Part shown: positions 1 through 12,539 of the stretch, one piece after another
Position numbering within the stretch: position 1 is the first letter of the stretch
How the letters are laid out: each line of letters opens with the position of its first letter
From: Phaeosaccion multiseriatum
Lineage: Eukaryota > Protista > Ochrophyta, other classes
Assembly: GCA_965112735.1 (NCBI GenBank)
Contig: OZ218963.1
Location: 496,001-560,000, forward strand
DNA: 64,000 nt
Direction of reading: 5' to 3'
Translations under genes and position numbers: made by a program
Notes under the pieces: generated by a model
Told to the model about the DNA's origin: nothing
The model's database searches: none
Seen by the model: the letters and a program-made list of their open reading frames with translations, nothing else

Positions 1-282
1 GTGAGTGGTGTGGTGCCTTTGTAGTTTGCTGCTCCTTTTATTTTGCCTGCGTTGCTAGGTGCTCTTCCCCTTTTGTGGTTGTGGGGCGTATTGGTGTAGG
101 CGGCGCTGTGCTTCATCTAGTCATCTTCTTCCTTGTCTTCTTCTACTACTTTATTCTCCTTCACCCACCTGGGCTCTTCATCTTGTCGTGTTGAGCGATG
201 GAAAGGGGCCTCCGCAGCCTCACTGAGACACGTGTTCGCCTCCTGCTGCCTGTCTTCTGTTGTGCGTCCTTCACGTTTACAG

Positions 283-2793
283 GCTGGCCTCCACTCTGCA
301 GCAGCAGGAGAAGCAGCAGCCTCAGAAGAAGCAGCAAGTGATCAAGAACAAGAAGAAGAGCGCCCGAGAGAGGCTGGAAGAAGAGGCGAAGCTCCTCGGT
401 ACGCAACGGCAGAGGGAGAGCAGAGAGCAGAGACTGCCTGAAGAGGAGGAGCGCTTCACTAGTTGGTTGCACACCTTCGCTGGTTGCATAAAGAACTCTC
501 TCCATCACCACCCGCCCGACGCTGCTGCTACTGTTGCTGCTTCTAAACTCGAATTCTCTCTACGTGCTGTCTCTCATCCCCCTCTTCCTGAGTGATTCCT
601 ATTAAGTCAATAAAGTTGTCCCTCCCCCTCTTCCCCGCCTCTCCCTCCCCCTCTCTGTGCGTTGTGCGTGCCTGTACCTTTGTGTCTGTGCGCGCGTGTG
701 TGTGCGTGCGTGCGCAGAGGACACCCCTTCCGCCGAGCTGCACCTCCTGGCCAATGCTTACTTCGAAGGTGCCGAGGGCGTTGAGCAGGACAAAGACAGG
801 GCAGTCAGGCTGTGGGCCCTCGCGGCGGGCAAGGCAGGGGAGCTAGACCTCACAGGTATGGGCAGCAGGCCGAGGCCGAGGGGGAGGGGGGGGGCGATAG
901 GCAGGCAGGCAGGCAGGCAGATAGGTAGGCAGGCATATGGGCACAGACAGCGAAGGGCAAGAGGGAAGGTGAAGGGGAAAGGGGCAAAGGAGGCCTTCTT
1001 TTCACCCCAGCTGCTCGCACCCCAGAGGGGTATTTCTGTTCTATTCCCATGCTCGCCTGACTGCAGGTCTTTCTGGTACTTTATTGCTATTGCCCTGCCC
1101 CTTTGCTGGCTTTGCTTCCTCTCCCCCCCGCCCCTCCTTCATTGGGAGCAGCCGGCCCCGAAGGCCCCCGACAGGTGGTCAGTGCCCTCACCGGTACGTC
1201 GGGAAAGAGGAAGGAGAAGATGGCGGCTTCACTGTACAGCCTTGCATCGTGTCTCCGATCAGGCGAAGGCGTAGCGGTCCCGCAGCCTGAGAAGGCCGCG
1301 ACGTTCTATAGAGAGCTCGCCCAGGGAGGAGACGGCCCCGCAGCCTACAACCTTGCTGTCATGCTTACAGCAGGGGAGTTGAGCGGCAGTGGCAGCAAGA
1401 AGGGAGGGAGGAAGGAGGAGAAGGCAGGGGGGCGGGTGGAGGAGGGGGATGAGGAGGAGGAAGGGGAGGAGGAGGAGGGGGAGGGGGAGGAGGAGGAGGA
1501 GGAGGAGGAGGAGGAGGAGGAGGAGGAGGAGGAGGAGGAGGCGCTGAAGTGGTATCTCCAAGCTGCGAACAAGGGCGTGCCAGGAGCGGTAAGGAGACCG
1601 CCGACCCCCCGGGGCGCGTGAAAGAGTGGAGGGTGTGAGGAGTGTGAGGAGCCCTGATCGTATGGTTTGGCCTCGCTCTTCTTGTTGTGGTTGTTGTTGT
1701 TCTTGTTCTTGTTGTGGTTGTTGTTGTGGTTGTTGTGGTTGTTGTTGTTGTTGTTGGTGGTGGTGTTGTTGTTGGTGTTGTTGGTGTTGTTGTTGTTGTT
1801 GTTGTTGTTGTCGGGTGTTGTTGTGTTGTGTTGTTGTTGTTGCTGTTATGGTTGTTGTTGTCGTCGTCGTTGTTGTTGTCATTGTTGTTGTTGTTGCTGC
1901 TGCTGCTGTCGTTGTTCTTGTTATTGTTCTTCTTCTCACTCTCCACCTCCCCTCATCCCCACACCCACTAACTGCCTTGCCTTCCCTGCCGACTCGGGCC
2001 GAAGTGGAACAACGCAGCCAATCTCGTGGCCCGGAGCGGTGAAGACGATGCGAAAGCTCGAGACCTCTACGAGAAGGGAGCCCAAGTGTGAGTAGCAAGG
2101 GAGCCCAAGTCTCATTACGTATAGTGATGAAGTGAATCACCACCACCACCTCTTGGCCAACGCCCCCTTCCCTCCCGGGCTGTCTGTCCCCCCCGCGGTC
2201 GTCTGTTATCTGTTGTCTTTGCTCTGCGTTGGCCCCATCCATCCCTTCCCGTCCACCCTCTCTCCACAACGAAACTGAAACCGTCGTAACCGTCGCCCCT
2301 CCTGTCGCGCAGAGGAGACCCCCGAGCCATCTTTACCCTGGCAACGTGGCAGTGCAACGGAAGAGGCGGGGAGGAGGACTGGGAAATGGGCTTTCAGAAC
2401 CACAAGAGGGTGAGCGGCAGGAGAGGGAGGGAGGGAGGGAGGGAGGGAGGGAGGGAGGGAGGGAGGGAGGGAGGGAGGGAGGAAGGGAAGGAGGGAGAGT
2501 GTTGGGAGGGGGCGAGGAGGACTGGGACAGGAACGGGGCTTTCCAAATCACCCATCGAGTGGGGGAGGGTAGTGGGAAGGGTGGGGCTTCAGGGTTCGTC
2601 TTGATACCTCACCCTGACACCCTCTACTTTGCCTGTGGCACATCCTGACACCCGCTACTTCGCCCCGTGGTGCGGCGGCACGCAGGGCGGGTAACAGGCA
2701 CCGCTGACATTCATTCATATGTCTTTCTGTCTCTTTGTGATGTCATGCCTTGTGTCTCCCTTGCCCTGCCCTTCCCCTCCTTCCCTCCCTCCC

Positions 2794-2863
<70 letters not shown>

Positions 2864-3027
2864 TGCGGTTGGGCCTCTCCTTGGGGCCTCCTTAATTGGG
2901 CCTCCCTTTGCTCCTCCACTCACAGGTGGCTGAGTACGGCATGCCGGAGGCGATGTTCAACCTCGCCAACCACTACTTCGCCGGGAAGGGCGTGGAAGAG
3001 GTACGTGTACAAGCACGTCTCTCTCTT

Positions 3028-3073
<46 letters not shown>

Positions 3074-4199
3074 TCTCTCTCTCTTGCCGTGCCCTCTCCT
3101 CACTCTTATCTCTTTCTGTCTCTCTGTCTCTCTCACTCCCCATCCCCGCTCTCCCTCTCCCTCTCTCTGTATACCCGTTCTCCCCCCTCTCTCCCTCCTC
3201 CTCTCTTCCTCAGAGCCCGGAGAAAGCTGTGGAGTGGTTTGAGAAAGCGGCAGAGAAAAACTTTGTGCAGGCCCAGCTCAACCTCGGTGCGTGGACGTGG
3301 CGACTGTCGCGAGGGAGATAAGGAAGAAGGAAGGAAGATGGCTGGCCCTGAAGCTATCTGCGATGCCTAGCGTTCAAGTATGATGTGTGTGGGTTGCTGA
3401 CACCTTCCCTGCCCTTCCCTTTCCCCCTCGCCTCGCCTCGCTTGCCCCCCCCCCTTTCTTCCTCCTCCTCCTCCTCCTGCCCCTGCTCCTCCTCCTGCCC
3501 CTGCTCCTCCTCCTCCTCCTCCTCCTCCTCCTCATCCTCATCCTCCTCCTCCTCCTCCTCCTCCTCCTCCTCCCCACGCCCAAAGGCAAGCTGTACATGG
3601 AGGGGATGGGCGTACCGCAGGACAATGCCTTGGCGCTCTCTTGGCTCACCAAGGCTGCCCACGGAAGCGTAGCGGTAAGTCCACCCAAAGCTGAGCGAAT
3701 GAGAAAGCCCACCCTCTCTCCCCAGAGCGTCAAGGCGGCAGAGCTTCAGAGGGTTAGAGGCACTACACGTCACCCGAGGGGGCACATATGCCCGGCCCTG
3801 CCCATACACCTCTAACCTGCTCAGTTTGGGTGATAGTTTACCCTACCCTACGTACACGTACCCCTCCTCCTTGCCCTGCCCTGCCCATACATCTCTACCC
3901 CTGCTCTGCCCTGCCCATTCCCCTCCTTACACCTGACTCTTACCCACTGCCTGACCGAACTGCAGGCCGGAGAGGCATCTGAGAAGGAGGTGGAGACATC
4001 CATCAAAGAGCTCATTGCCGAGCTGCAGCAGCAGAAGAAGGCCGAGGCCCAGGCGAAGGCACTGGCCAGGCAGGCCCAGGCACAAGCACAGATGCAGGCC
4101 AGGCAGGAGGCGAGTCAAACCAGCAAGGCACAGCAGCAGGGGCAGGGGGGCAAGGCTCAGGCCGGCGGCAGGAGGAAACAGTCCAAGGGGAGGCGGTAG
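283..4199 (+). CDS. SEL1-like (TPR-family) repeat protein, multi-exon, 5' end upstream of window
   Basis: Frame-consistent GT-AG exons at 283-398, 718-855, 1152-1588, 2005-2087, 2313-2409, 2926-3000, 3214-3286, 3586-3674 and 3966-4199. They give SEL1 motifs LANAYFEGAEGVEQDKDRAVRLW, ALKWYLQAANKG, AMFNLANHYFAGKGV, AVEWFEKAAEKNFVQAQLNLG and LYMEGMGVPQDNALALSW. Confidence 0.88.
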
Positions 4200-4477
4200 G
4201 GAAGGGTCGGTAGCAAGGCATGGGGGGCTCGGAGCTAGGAAGGCGGGAAAGTGTTGAAGTATATCTCTTACCATTAGGCGTTGGCCTGGTGATGATACGT
4301 CAGCAGATCAGCGCTTATTATTTTATAGTGTTTGCTTTTGTCGGTTCCTCGGCAAGCATTGAAGGAGGCAAAAACTCTGTTCGATGCATTCATCTCGCTC
4401 TCTCACTCCATCCCCATCTCTCTTCTTTCTCCTACTCTTAAACGTGATTGAAGTAGTTGGATTACTCGCTCTTGTTC

Positions 4478-4536
<59 letters not shown>

Positions 4537-4610
4537 GCCTCTGCAAAGGGTATACCTTCTTGCCTGCTTGCTTGCTTCTCCCCTCTCTCTTGCCCGCTCT
4601 GGGCGTCGCT

Positions 4611-5599
4611 CTAATTGCGGGATGGGTTAAGTGCCTGTCAGAGCGATGATGTAGTTGATGACCGCGTACGGCTGGCGATTTTGAACTTCCTGTCTGCCGC
4701 CCGTGCTACTCGTAGCGCCCCCCCACATTCGTGATGTCGAAGATAATGTCGGTGTCAGCGTCGACGTTCTTGTTAGAAAACAGCCTCTTTTCTCGAAAGG
4801 GTTTCTCGAGTCTCGAGGGGGTTCGATTCGTCGGCGGGACATTCGCAGAGGACCGTCGAGCCTTGGGTCCTTCTTCTCCCCCTGCTGGCTTCATTCAAAA
4901 GCTCGTTGGCCTCATCCACGGTCATACCGGCTGCGGCCGCGGCGGCAGCGAGGGTATCATCCGCCGCATCACAGCTGCTGTGCAGTCCTCTCCTCTCCTC
5001 TGTTGGCCTGCGCTCGTGCCCGTGTTCTCAGATGACAGGATTGCGTTGTTGGGGAACGCTTCAAGAGCCTCGAGGGCTTCAGTTGTCGGATCGGCGTCCG
5101 TCGTGAAGAAGTTAAAGACCCCTGCAACAAATCGGGGAGATTGCGTACGGTAAGGTTGGTCGTCTCATCGCCACCTTCTTGTCCCATGTAGTACGAGGAG
5201 AGACCTGGGCCGCTACCAGCGCGAATAGGGACGCGGCCTCTCAAGTCGGGAAGACCAAAGGTGACTCGTGTATGGCGAGCGAGCAACGAGTGGGTAAAGA
5301 TGGGCAGCAGGCGCGGGAGGTGAGGGGCGGAGGGAGATGTGGCTGACGAAGTATCAGCCAGAAAGCGAGCAGCCACGGGAAGGGGGTGTCCTCGTGCCCC
5401 AGATTCAAGAGCAGGAGAGGGGCTGCGCAAGAGCACAGCAGTCAGGAAGCACACACTCACCGCCGTACTGAGTACCCAGAAGGGAGAAGAGTACCTCATT
5501 AGAGGAGATGTCAAGTAGTTGCCCATCGCAGAGCGCCCATCCACGTGGGGCGAAGTTTCCAGCGAACTGCGCGATCTGGCCTAACAGGGGCTTGGCCAT
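4611..5599 (-). pseudogene. Phage tail-collar domain (MdpB/microcystin-dependent protein-like) pseudogene, paralog of 17454-18503
   Basis: Reads MAKPLLGQIAQFAGNFAPRGWALCDGQLL...FGLPDLRGRVPI...QPYAVINYIIAL. Relative to the intact copy it has a 7-nt deletion before the donor, the intron acceptor CCACAG changed to CCATAC, internal indels, and a +1 insertion creating TAA just before PSRN. Confidence 0.85.
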
Positions 5600-5679
5600 C
5601 CTTGCGTCCTCGTGGTGTAGTTGTTCGAGTAGTTGTTGTCTGGCCTGATTCCTTCCGGCGTTGGCGTTGGTTAGGTCTC

Positions 5680-6561
5680 GCTCGGGGGCTCGAATGCGGG
5701 ATCACAGCAATCATGAGGGGAGTGCGACCCCTCTTATCAGCTGCGTCGAGGCAGCCAGGCGTGGTGGGCAAGGAGTGAAATGAGCACGTTCACTCTGTCC
5801 ACAAGCCCCGTCTAGCTTTCCCAGTGAAGTGGCGCTGCGCCAAACCTGTCGCTAGTGTCGACCTCCAATCCCGCCTTCTTCTTGTTGGGCGACAAGCACG
5901 GGGATACCGGCATGGTCGCCCAAGCCCGCCAGCGAGTGCAGCAGAGAGGAAGCTCGCAGCGCGTCATTCTCCTTTTATGATGATGTGAACATCGGCGCCG
6001 CCGTTGAGCAGCAAAGACAGAGCCTTCGCCCTTTCCAGGCCTCTCTCCTCATCCACCTCCTCCTCCCACTCGGCTACGCACCACTGGGTCGATGTGCTAC
6101 CATCCTTGGCCTTCTCATTCGGGTCAGTCCCATCCGTCATCAGCTGCTCAATGCATCCGCACCTCGCGGAGGCGGGTTTCGCTGCCCTCCCATTTAGCGC
6201 CATGGCTCATCAGGTACTTGACAATATCAGAGTAGCCCGCGTACGCCGCACAGGCGAGAGGCATCAAAGCCGCATCATGGGCATCATGGAGTCTGCTCTC
6301 TAAGTCAACGCCCGCACCCGCCTCCACGAGGCACTTCACCGAGGCGAGACACCTCTTGCGAGCCGCGAGCTGCGCGCCAGCGCCATCGCACTCGCGCTTG
6401 GCGTCGAGGTCGAGCCCGCAGGTCTTTATCAAGCGGACGATGTCCCGCAGCTGTCTGGCGTCTTCTTTCTTTTTATTTATCAAAGTGTCGTGGGCCCTCA
6501 TCGGCCCTCCTGAATGGGTATCACTACCCATTTTTTTGCCTCCCCTGATTCGGTTGATCAA
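5680..6561 (-). pseudogene. Degenerate intronless ankyrin-repeat gene (copy A)
   Basis: Ankyrin fragments in different frames: VKCLVEAGAGVD, PLACAAYAGYSDIVKYLMSHGA, LLLNGGADVH, DAADKRGRTPLMIAV. They are separated by stops and frameshifts, with no intron-like simple repeats between them. Confidence 0.65.
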
Positions 6562-6824
6562 AGGCGGCCCGAGGCTCTCCTTGTGTATACTCGCCCCTGT
6601 CCCTGGACCGCATCTGGGACAGTGCCAGAGTGGAGAGGAGCGCCACAGTCGAAGGAGCGCGCCTTTGGCAAGCCGAGAGACGGTCGGGGGGAAGGGAGAA
6701 GCAATACTGCTTCGTCGCTAAGGTGTTCTGGATCACTTTAATTAATCAAGCAGCAGCGGTAGCGCAGCAGCGGTGGCGGGTGGGGAGAAGCCGGAGGAGG
6801 AAACGGTCAGACGCTCCAGAGGGA

Positions 6825-9800
6825 ATGAATCCAGGGGCGGAGGCTCCTCCGCCTTCACTATCTCCCTTCAACGGCGGGGCGGGGGGGGAACCGCCAGCGC
6901 ATGGGCGGGGTGAGCTTCGCAGGCAGCAGTCGGCTGGGGAGACAACCTACCCCGACCTGCACTGGTACCTCGTCAAGGGCTCGTGGTTGACGGAAAGAAG
7001 AGAGCACGAGGGGGGCTTTGGGCGGCGGGAGAGAGGTGCGAAAGGGCCCGACGGAGAGGGGGGAGCGGAGGCAGGCACGTGGTACCCTGTCTACATTCAG
7101 CCCGTACGAAGTCGCCCCGCATCGCAGCAGGAGCAACCGCAGCAGCAGCGAGACGGAGGTGAGCAGCAGCGTGTGCACAGCCTGGACGTGGTGGACCTGC
7201 AGGACCTTCACCAGCGCTGGGGTTGCTCCTGGGCAGATATGACGCAAAGGCTGGAGGCGTGGTCGGCGGAGACCAGGAACGAGCCTGCGGATGAGGGTCA
7301 GCACAGGCAGCAAGTGACAGCCCCGCCACCGTCGTGCATGAGCCAGGTCCAGACCTACACAATGCAGCAGTCCAGTCTCTTTCGAGTGAGCTCGTCTCGC
7401 GAGTGCGAGCAAGCCACGGTGGCAGCCCGCAGCCACGGTCACGAGGAGGAAAACACCGCGCTGGGCAGCAAGAGTAGCATCGCAACGGGGCTACAGGTGC
7501 AGCTGTATGATAGAAAGCACTCACCGAAAGCTGCGGGGAGGACGCCCGGGCTGCTTGGACAAGCGCGACAAGGTGTGGAGAAGCGGTCAAGAGACGGCAT
7601 TCTCAAGGAGGCAGGGCACGCCGCCGAGGACCCGGATCTTCGAAAAGACGTGGTAGTAAGGCGAGCAGCGTCCACCACCGTAGGAGGATCCGAGGTTGGC
7701 GCCCAAGAAGGAGGTAGCAGGGCAGTGCCCCCTCCGACCCCGCCTCCTCAGGCCCGCCCCTCCCCGCCTCCCGCCCCAGCTCGCGACCCGCCGGGGCTCA
7801 GCGTGCTCAGCAGCGCGCCCGCCCGCGACGCTGACAGGAAGCGGAAAGGTCTTCTAACCACAGCCACTCCTTCTTCTTCTTCTTCTTCTCCTACTTCATC
7901 GCCGGTTAGCAACGCGGCCGAGCATGAGGATGGACGACGGTCTCAGCGAAGACGCCGCCCGAGCATTCGCGCCTGCGACTCGGCTCCCTCAATGGCCGGG
8001 TATGTGCACGAGAGGGCCAGGGACGCGACGACGCTTCTTGCTCCCTCGAGGTCTACGTCTATGTCGCCGCCGCCGCAGCTCGGAGGGTGGGCGGGGGGAG
8101 GAGGAGAAAGAGAAAGAAGAGAAGGAAGACCGACGAATGAGTGGTCAAGCTCGACTGTGCGAAAGACTACAATCACACATGGAGCCGCAGCACCAGCACC
8201 AGCACCAGCACCACCCGCACCAGCAGGAACGACTGGGCAAGCAGCCACTGGAGTACTCCGAGCCGAGAATGGGACCCATGAGGGAGCCCGCGCGCCTACC
8301 CCCCCCCCGCCTCCCACCCCAACGCGTGACCCGCCGGGGCGCAGCGTACTCAGCGGCACCAGCAACGATGGCAAGAAGTGGCAGGAGATAGCCACCACCG
8401 CCCCCGCCACGGCTTCTCCTCCTCTGGCGTCGGGCAGTGGCACAGTGGGAGCGCGGCTGAACAACATACAAACTGAGCCTAGCGCCGATGGCAGCCGTCG
8501 GTCTCAGCGAAGCCGCCGCCCGAGCATTCGCGCCTGCGACTCGGCTCCCTCAATGGCCGGGTATGTGCACGAGAGGGCCAGGGACGCGAGGACGCCGCTT
8601 GATCCCTCGAGGTCTGTGTCTGTGTCGCCGCCGCAGCGAGGAGGACGACGTCGAGGAGGAGCACACGGAGTAGGAGCAAGGCCAGCAGACGATGAAAGCC
8701 CCATCCCTCCTTCGCCGCGGCCGCCGTCCCTCCCCCAGGGCGAGACGGTACCACCATCAATAGCACCATCAACAGCACCCGCAGTATCAGCAGGGGCAGC
8801 AGTAGCACCAGCAGCAGCAGCACCAGTAGCAGCAGCACCAGTACGAGCCGTAGCACCACCAGCACTCCTGACCCCTGCACAGGGAAGTACCGACGCATCT
8901 TCTTCAGCGGCACTGCCAGCAGCACGAGCCCCCGTAGCAGCCTCCGCCGTCGCCAGGCAAAGCCCTTCTCCTAAGAGGGGGACAACGGGCCGCTCCTCTG
9001 CTACGCTGACAGCCACACCCTCCGCCGCGGAGGGGCAGCGACCGCGCAGGCAGACGCGGGTCAGCACCCTCCACGGAGAGTACGAGGGCCGCTCTCTCGC
9101 CGGGTACGTCAAGGAGAGAGCGAGGGATGCACGCACGCCCGCGCCACCATGGCAAGCTCCGCGAGGGCCCAAGCAGCCGCCCGAGGTGATGGTCGGTCCT
9201 CTCCTACCACCTTCCGCCACCTCCATAGCCACAACTACACCCACAGCCGCGGCTACAAGCACGGCTCGAGGAGCAGCGACAGCCACCACCTTCGGACGTC
9301 CCTCTGAGTCTGCAGGCACTCCCGTGTCTGTCGCTTATGGCGGAGCGGTGCCACCCGTAGCGACGCAGCCGGGAAGGCGAACGAAGCCGCCGGAGGCGCA
9401 GCAGCAGCACACGCCAACGGGAGGAAAGCGAGCGACGACCAAGTCCACCGACGTTGCCCCTGCCCCACCACCGCCCCTTCCAACGCCAACGCCGGTGGCG
9501 GCCGTTCCGGCGCAAAGGCCGCTCGAGATTCAGGGGGCAGGGGCTCAGCAGCGGCTCGGAGGGACTGGTCCTGTTGCCCTTCCCCCTGCCGCTGCAACAA
9601 CGCTGGTCCGGAGTGCTCCCCTGATGATCGGGCTCCAGCCTGCTCAGCCTCTTCCGCCCCTGCAGGGGCTCCAGCCGCCGCAAGCTGTCCAGCATCTTCC
9701 GCAGCTTCCGCCACTTGCACGCCGCCAATTCCAGCCTGTCCAATGTCAGCCCCTTCAGCCTCTCCAGTCTCTTCAGCCCATGCAAGGGTTTCAAGCGCTT

Positions 9801-11525
9801 CCACCTCTTCCGTCTCTCCAGCCCTTCCAGCCCTTCCAGCCTTTCCAACCTCTTCAACAACAACCCCCAGGGCAGAGCCTCCACACGACAGCCCGGCCTA
9901 CGGAGAGGGCTCTTACAGTGGCACAAGGGGGTGCACAGCAGGCACCGGGGGCGTCCGAGCAGGCGGCTGCGGCGGCTCCAGCGGCTGCTGCGAGAGTGTC
10001 TCCTGCGGCGTGGGGGAAGGGTGCGACCTCAGGCAGCGGTGCAGGAGGACCCGCGCAGACCGAGACCATCCGGCCAGTGCCGCCACCGCAAGGCAACGCG
10101 TTGACGCCTCCGTGCGGCGCTCAGGCGTGGCAGCGGCAGCCTGTGGGGACTCCGTCGGAAGCGGGAAGAGCGGGTCAGGTAGTGCAGGGGAAGGCAGGAC
10201 AGGGGCTGGCAGTGCAGGCGCAGGCATCCGTCGCGATGGTCGGACGCGCCGCTCCTCAGCTACGCGCTCCGTCCGCTTCTCCCGCTCCTACGGACACTCT
10301 GTATGGTCACGCCAGCAGCGGCACCATCGCAACGGGAGGCGGTTCCGGGACGCCGCAGCGAGGCCCACTTCTCCCCACCGGAGCGGCTTGGGGGCAGACT
10401 TGCGGCAGAGGGGCGGCGGAGGGGGTGAAGAGGAAGTGGCAGCATGAGGAGCGTGCGGCAGAGGCAAACAAGAGGCCGCGGCTGACTCCCGAGAGGGGGG
10501 CCGCCGCCCTGCCAGCAGCGCCCAGCACCGCCCCTTTGCCCTCTACAGTCAGCAGCAAACCCGCAGGGAGCCCCCCTCCCTCTTTGTCGGTCGTGCACAC
10601 GCCTGAGAAGAGGGGCCCGGCGTCGACTCCGGCGGGTGGCGGAGTCGCTCCCCTCTCGACCTCAGCAGTGGCTTACTCTTCGCATGAGCGAGTGAAGCAG
10701 CTCTCCTCGCTGGCGGCGAAGGTCGATTCGAAGAGCCCTTCGCGCGCGGGAGACAATTCCGCTCAGCGACGCCGCCGCCCGAGCATACGCGCTTGCGAGT
10801 TGGCTCCCTCAATGGCCGGGTATGTGCACGAGAGGGCCAGGGACGCGAGGACGCCGCTTGATCCCTCGAGGTCTGTGTCTGTGTCGCCGCCGCAGCGAGG
10901 AGAAGGAGGAGCAGGAGGAGCAGGAGGAGGAGGAGGAGGAGGAGGAGGGGGAGGAGGAGGAGGAGGAGGAAGAGGTGATGGAGCAAGACCGGCAGGTGAC
11001 GAGCGGAGTGGCAGCGATGAGAAGACTTATAAGAGTGTAGAGCAGCCACAGCAGAGGCCGGCCAAGAGACAGGCGAAGAAGAAGCAAGGGGGCACGACGA
11101 GGACAGGAGGAGGGGCCAAAGGAGGAGACAAGGGAGGGGAGAAAGGAGGAGCAGCGAGAAGGGCAGGAGATGGGAGAGAGCGAGGAGGAGGAGAAGGAGG
11201 AGGAGAAGGAGGAGGAGGGGGGGGGAAACGACGAGGAGAAGAAGCGGGGGGAGGCGACAGAGGTGATACGCTGTCCTCGAGTAGCAGCAGCCGCCACGGC
11301 ACGGCCCCGCTGGCCTCGCTTACTACAGCGGTTGGGGCTCTGGCCCTTCTACAGTTGGCGGCGTCGAGCCCTCGTGGACCGAGTGGGGAAAGCATGGCGC
11401 CGCCCGGGGGGGGAGGGAGCCCTTTTGGCGACGTGGGGGAAGGGAGGGGAGAGACGGCAACATCGCACCATATAACGACGCAGGAAAGAGAGGAAGAAGC
11501 ATCGAATGGAGCCCTGGCTGGCTAG
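6825..11525 (+). CDS. Large intronless low-complexity (Pro/Ala/Gly/Gln-rich) protein with internal repeats; possibly nuclear
   Basis: Uninterrupted reading frame of ~4.9 kb (6630-11525; first ATG at 6825). Four copies of S[ML]AGYV[HK]ERARDA. NLS-like KRKW...KRPRL and a C-terminal ALALLQLA motif. Confidence 0.6.
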   Translation: MNPGAEAPPPSLSPFNGGAGGEPPAHGRGELRRQQSAGETTYPDLHWYLVKGSWLTERREHEGGFGRRERGAKGPDGEGGAEAGTWYPVYIQPVRSRPASQQEQPQQQRDGGEQQRVHSLDVVDLQDLHQRWGCSWADMTQRLEAWSAETRNEPADEGQHRQQVTAPPPSCMSQVQTYTMQQSSLFRVSSSRECEQATVAARSHGHEEENTALGSKSSIATGLQVQLYDRKHSPKAAGRTPGLLGQARQGVEKRSRDGILKEAGHAAEDPDLRKDVVVRRAASTTVGGSEVGAQEGGSRAVPPPTPPPQARPSPPPAPARDPPGLSVLSSAPARDADRKRKGLLTTATPSSSSSSPTSSPVSNAAEHEDGRRSQRRRRPSIRACDSAPSMAGYVHERARDATTLLAPSRSTSMSPPPQLGGWAGGGGERERREGRPTNEWSSSTVRKTTITHGAAAPAPAPAPPAPAGTTGQAATGVLRAENGTHEGARAPTPPPPPTPTRDPPGRSVLSGTSNDGKKWQEIATTAPATASPPLASGSGTVGARLNNIQTEPSADGSRRSQRSRRPSIRACDSAPSMAGYVHERARDARTPLDPSRSVSVSPPQRGGRRRGGAHGVGARPADDESPIPPSPRPPSLPQGETVPPSIAPSTAPAVSAGAAVAPAAAAPVAAAPVRAVAPPALLTPAQGSTDASSSAALPAARAPVAASAVARQSPSPKRGTTGRSSATLTATPSAAEGQRPRRQTRVSTLHGEYEGRSLAGYVKERARDARTPAPPWQAPRGPKQPPEVMVGPLLPPSATSIATTTPTAAATSTARGAATATTFGRPSESAGTPVSVAYGGAVPPVATQPGRRTKPPEAQQQHTPTGGKRATTKSTDVAPAPPPPLPTPTPVAAVPAQRPLEIQGAGAQQRLGGTGPVALPPAAATTLVRSAPLMIGLQPAQPLPPLQGLQPPQAVQHLPQLPPLARRQFQPVQCQPLQPLQSLQPMQGFQALPPLPSLQPFQPFQPFQPLQQQPPGQSLHTTARPTERALTVAQGGAQQAPGASEQAAAAAPAAAARVSPAAWGKGATSGSGAGGPAQTETIRPVPPPQGNALTPPCGAQAWQRQPVGTPSEAGRAGQVVQGKAGQGLAVQAQASVAMVGRAAPQLRAPSASPAPTDTLYGHASSGTIATGGGSGTPQRGPLLPTGAAWGQTCGRGAAEGVKRKWQHEERAAEANKRPRLTPERGAAALPAAPSTAPLPSTVSSKPAGSPPPSLSVVHTPEKRGPASTPAGGGVAPLSTSAVAYSSHERVKQLSSLAAKVDSKSPSRAGDNSAQRRRRPSIRACELAPSMAGYVHERARDARTPLDPSRSVSVSPPQRGEGGAGGAGGGGGGGGGGGGGGGGRGDGARPAGDERSGSDEKTYKSVEQPQQRPAKRQAKKKQGGTTRTGGGAKGGDKGGEKGGAARRAGDGRERGGGEGGGEGGGGGGKRRGEEAGGGDRGDTLSSSSSSRHGTAPLASLTTAVGALALLQLAASSPRGPSGESMAPPGGGGSPFGDVGEGRGETATSHHITTQEREEEASNGALAG

Positions 11526-12539
11526 CTTGCGTGCTGGCTGGCTGGCTGGCTGGCTGGTGCGGTGCGGTGCGGGCGCCGTTCATCTGCATATCAGAAGGCG
11601 CGGGCATCATACACACACTGTCGGACGAGGGCGATGTATAACAGAGACACCCCTCGGGACAGACAGGCATACACTGCCGTCTCTGGAAGAGCTCCAGTGG
11701 GAGGGGAGGAGGAAGCGAGCAGTACGCACGCACTCACACGCCAATACACACACGGAAGGTCGAGGCAATTTCACAAGACACGCGCGGCCGTATAACACAC
11801 ACTCACACCCCTGCTTGCTTCCAACCAATTGAGAGGGGGGTAGTTGTGAGTCTAATCATAAATTAAGAGAGTAGGAGAAATGAGGGAGACGGCCGGGGAC
11901 GGAGCGAGAGAGCGAGGTACCTCCCATTTGCCCAGAGCCAAGAAGATTACCAACATGAGCACTGATCTCTCCTCATCCATCACACAAAGCGTGACTTACG
12001 ATGCCTCCCGCCTCCCTCCGACCTCTTGCGCCGATCCTCTCCGCGCCCTCATGTCGCTTCATCCTCCCCGCAGCCCCTCACTTTCCACTCGCCTGCCGCA
12101 CACCGTTCACGTGCGAATCTGCCCGGCCTTGCCCCGGCCTCCTCCACGTGAGTGCCGGCTCCTCATCAAAATGTCCGGCTCCTTCTCTTCCATCATGCTT
12201 CATGCGCCTCCTCTTCCAGCTCGTACAACTGTAGCCGATTATTCTTACTACATGCCGTGACCTCCCTCGCCATGCAGGGCCCCTGCCGTCCTCTCCGCGT
12301 CAAACAGCAGCCTATTGCTGCCCTCCCCTGCTTTTTCTCTGTCGCGGCTACGGTCACAGTCACATGCTGCCATCTGCCCACCTTTCATCCTCCGTCCCGT
12401 CAGCAGCTGCTCCACGCTGCCCGTGGCCTTGTGACGAACCTGACCACTGCCTCGAAGCCCTGCTCCGTGTAGTCATCGCCGTCGCACTCCAGCTCCACCT
12501 CCCGTTGCCCGAGCCTCTCGCGTCCTCCGGGGGAGCTCC

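Noticed and set aside
8504-11395. Long antisense ORFs overlapping the giant ORF
   Set aside because: Expected shadow ORFs in GC-rich coding DNA; no independent motifs.
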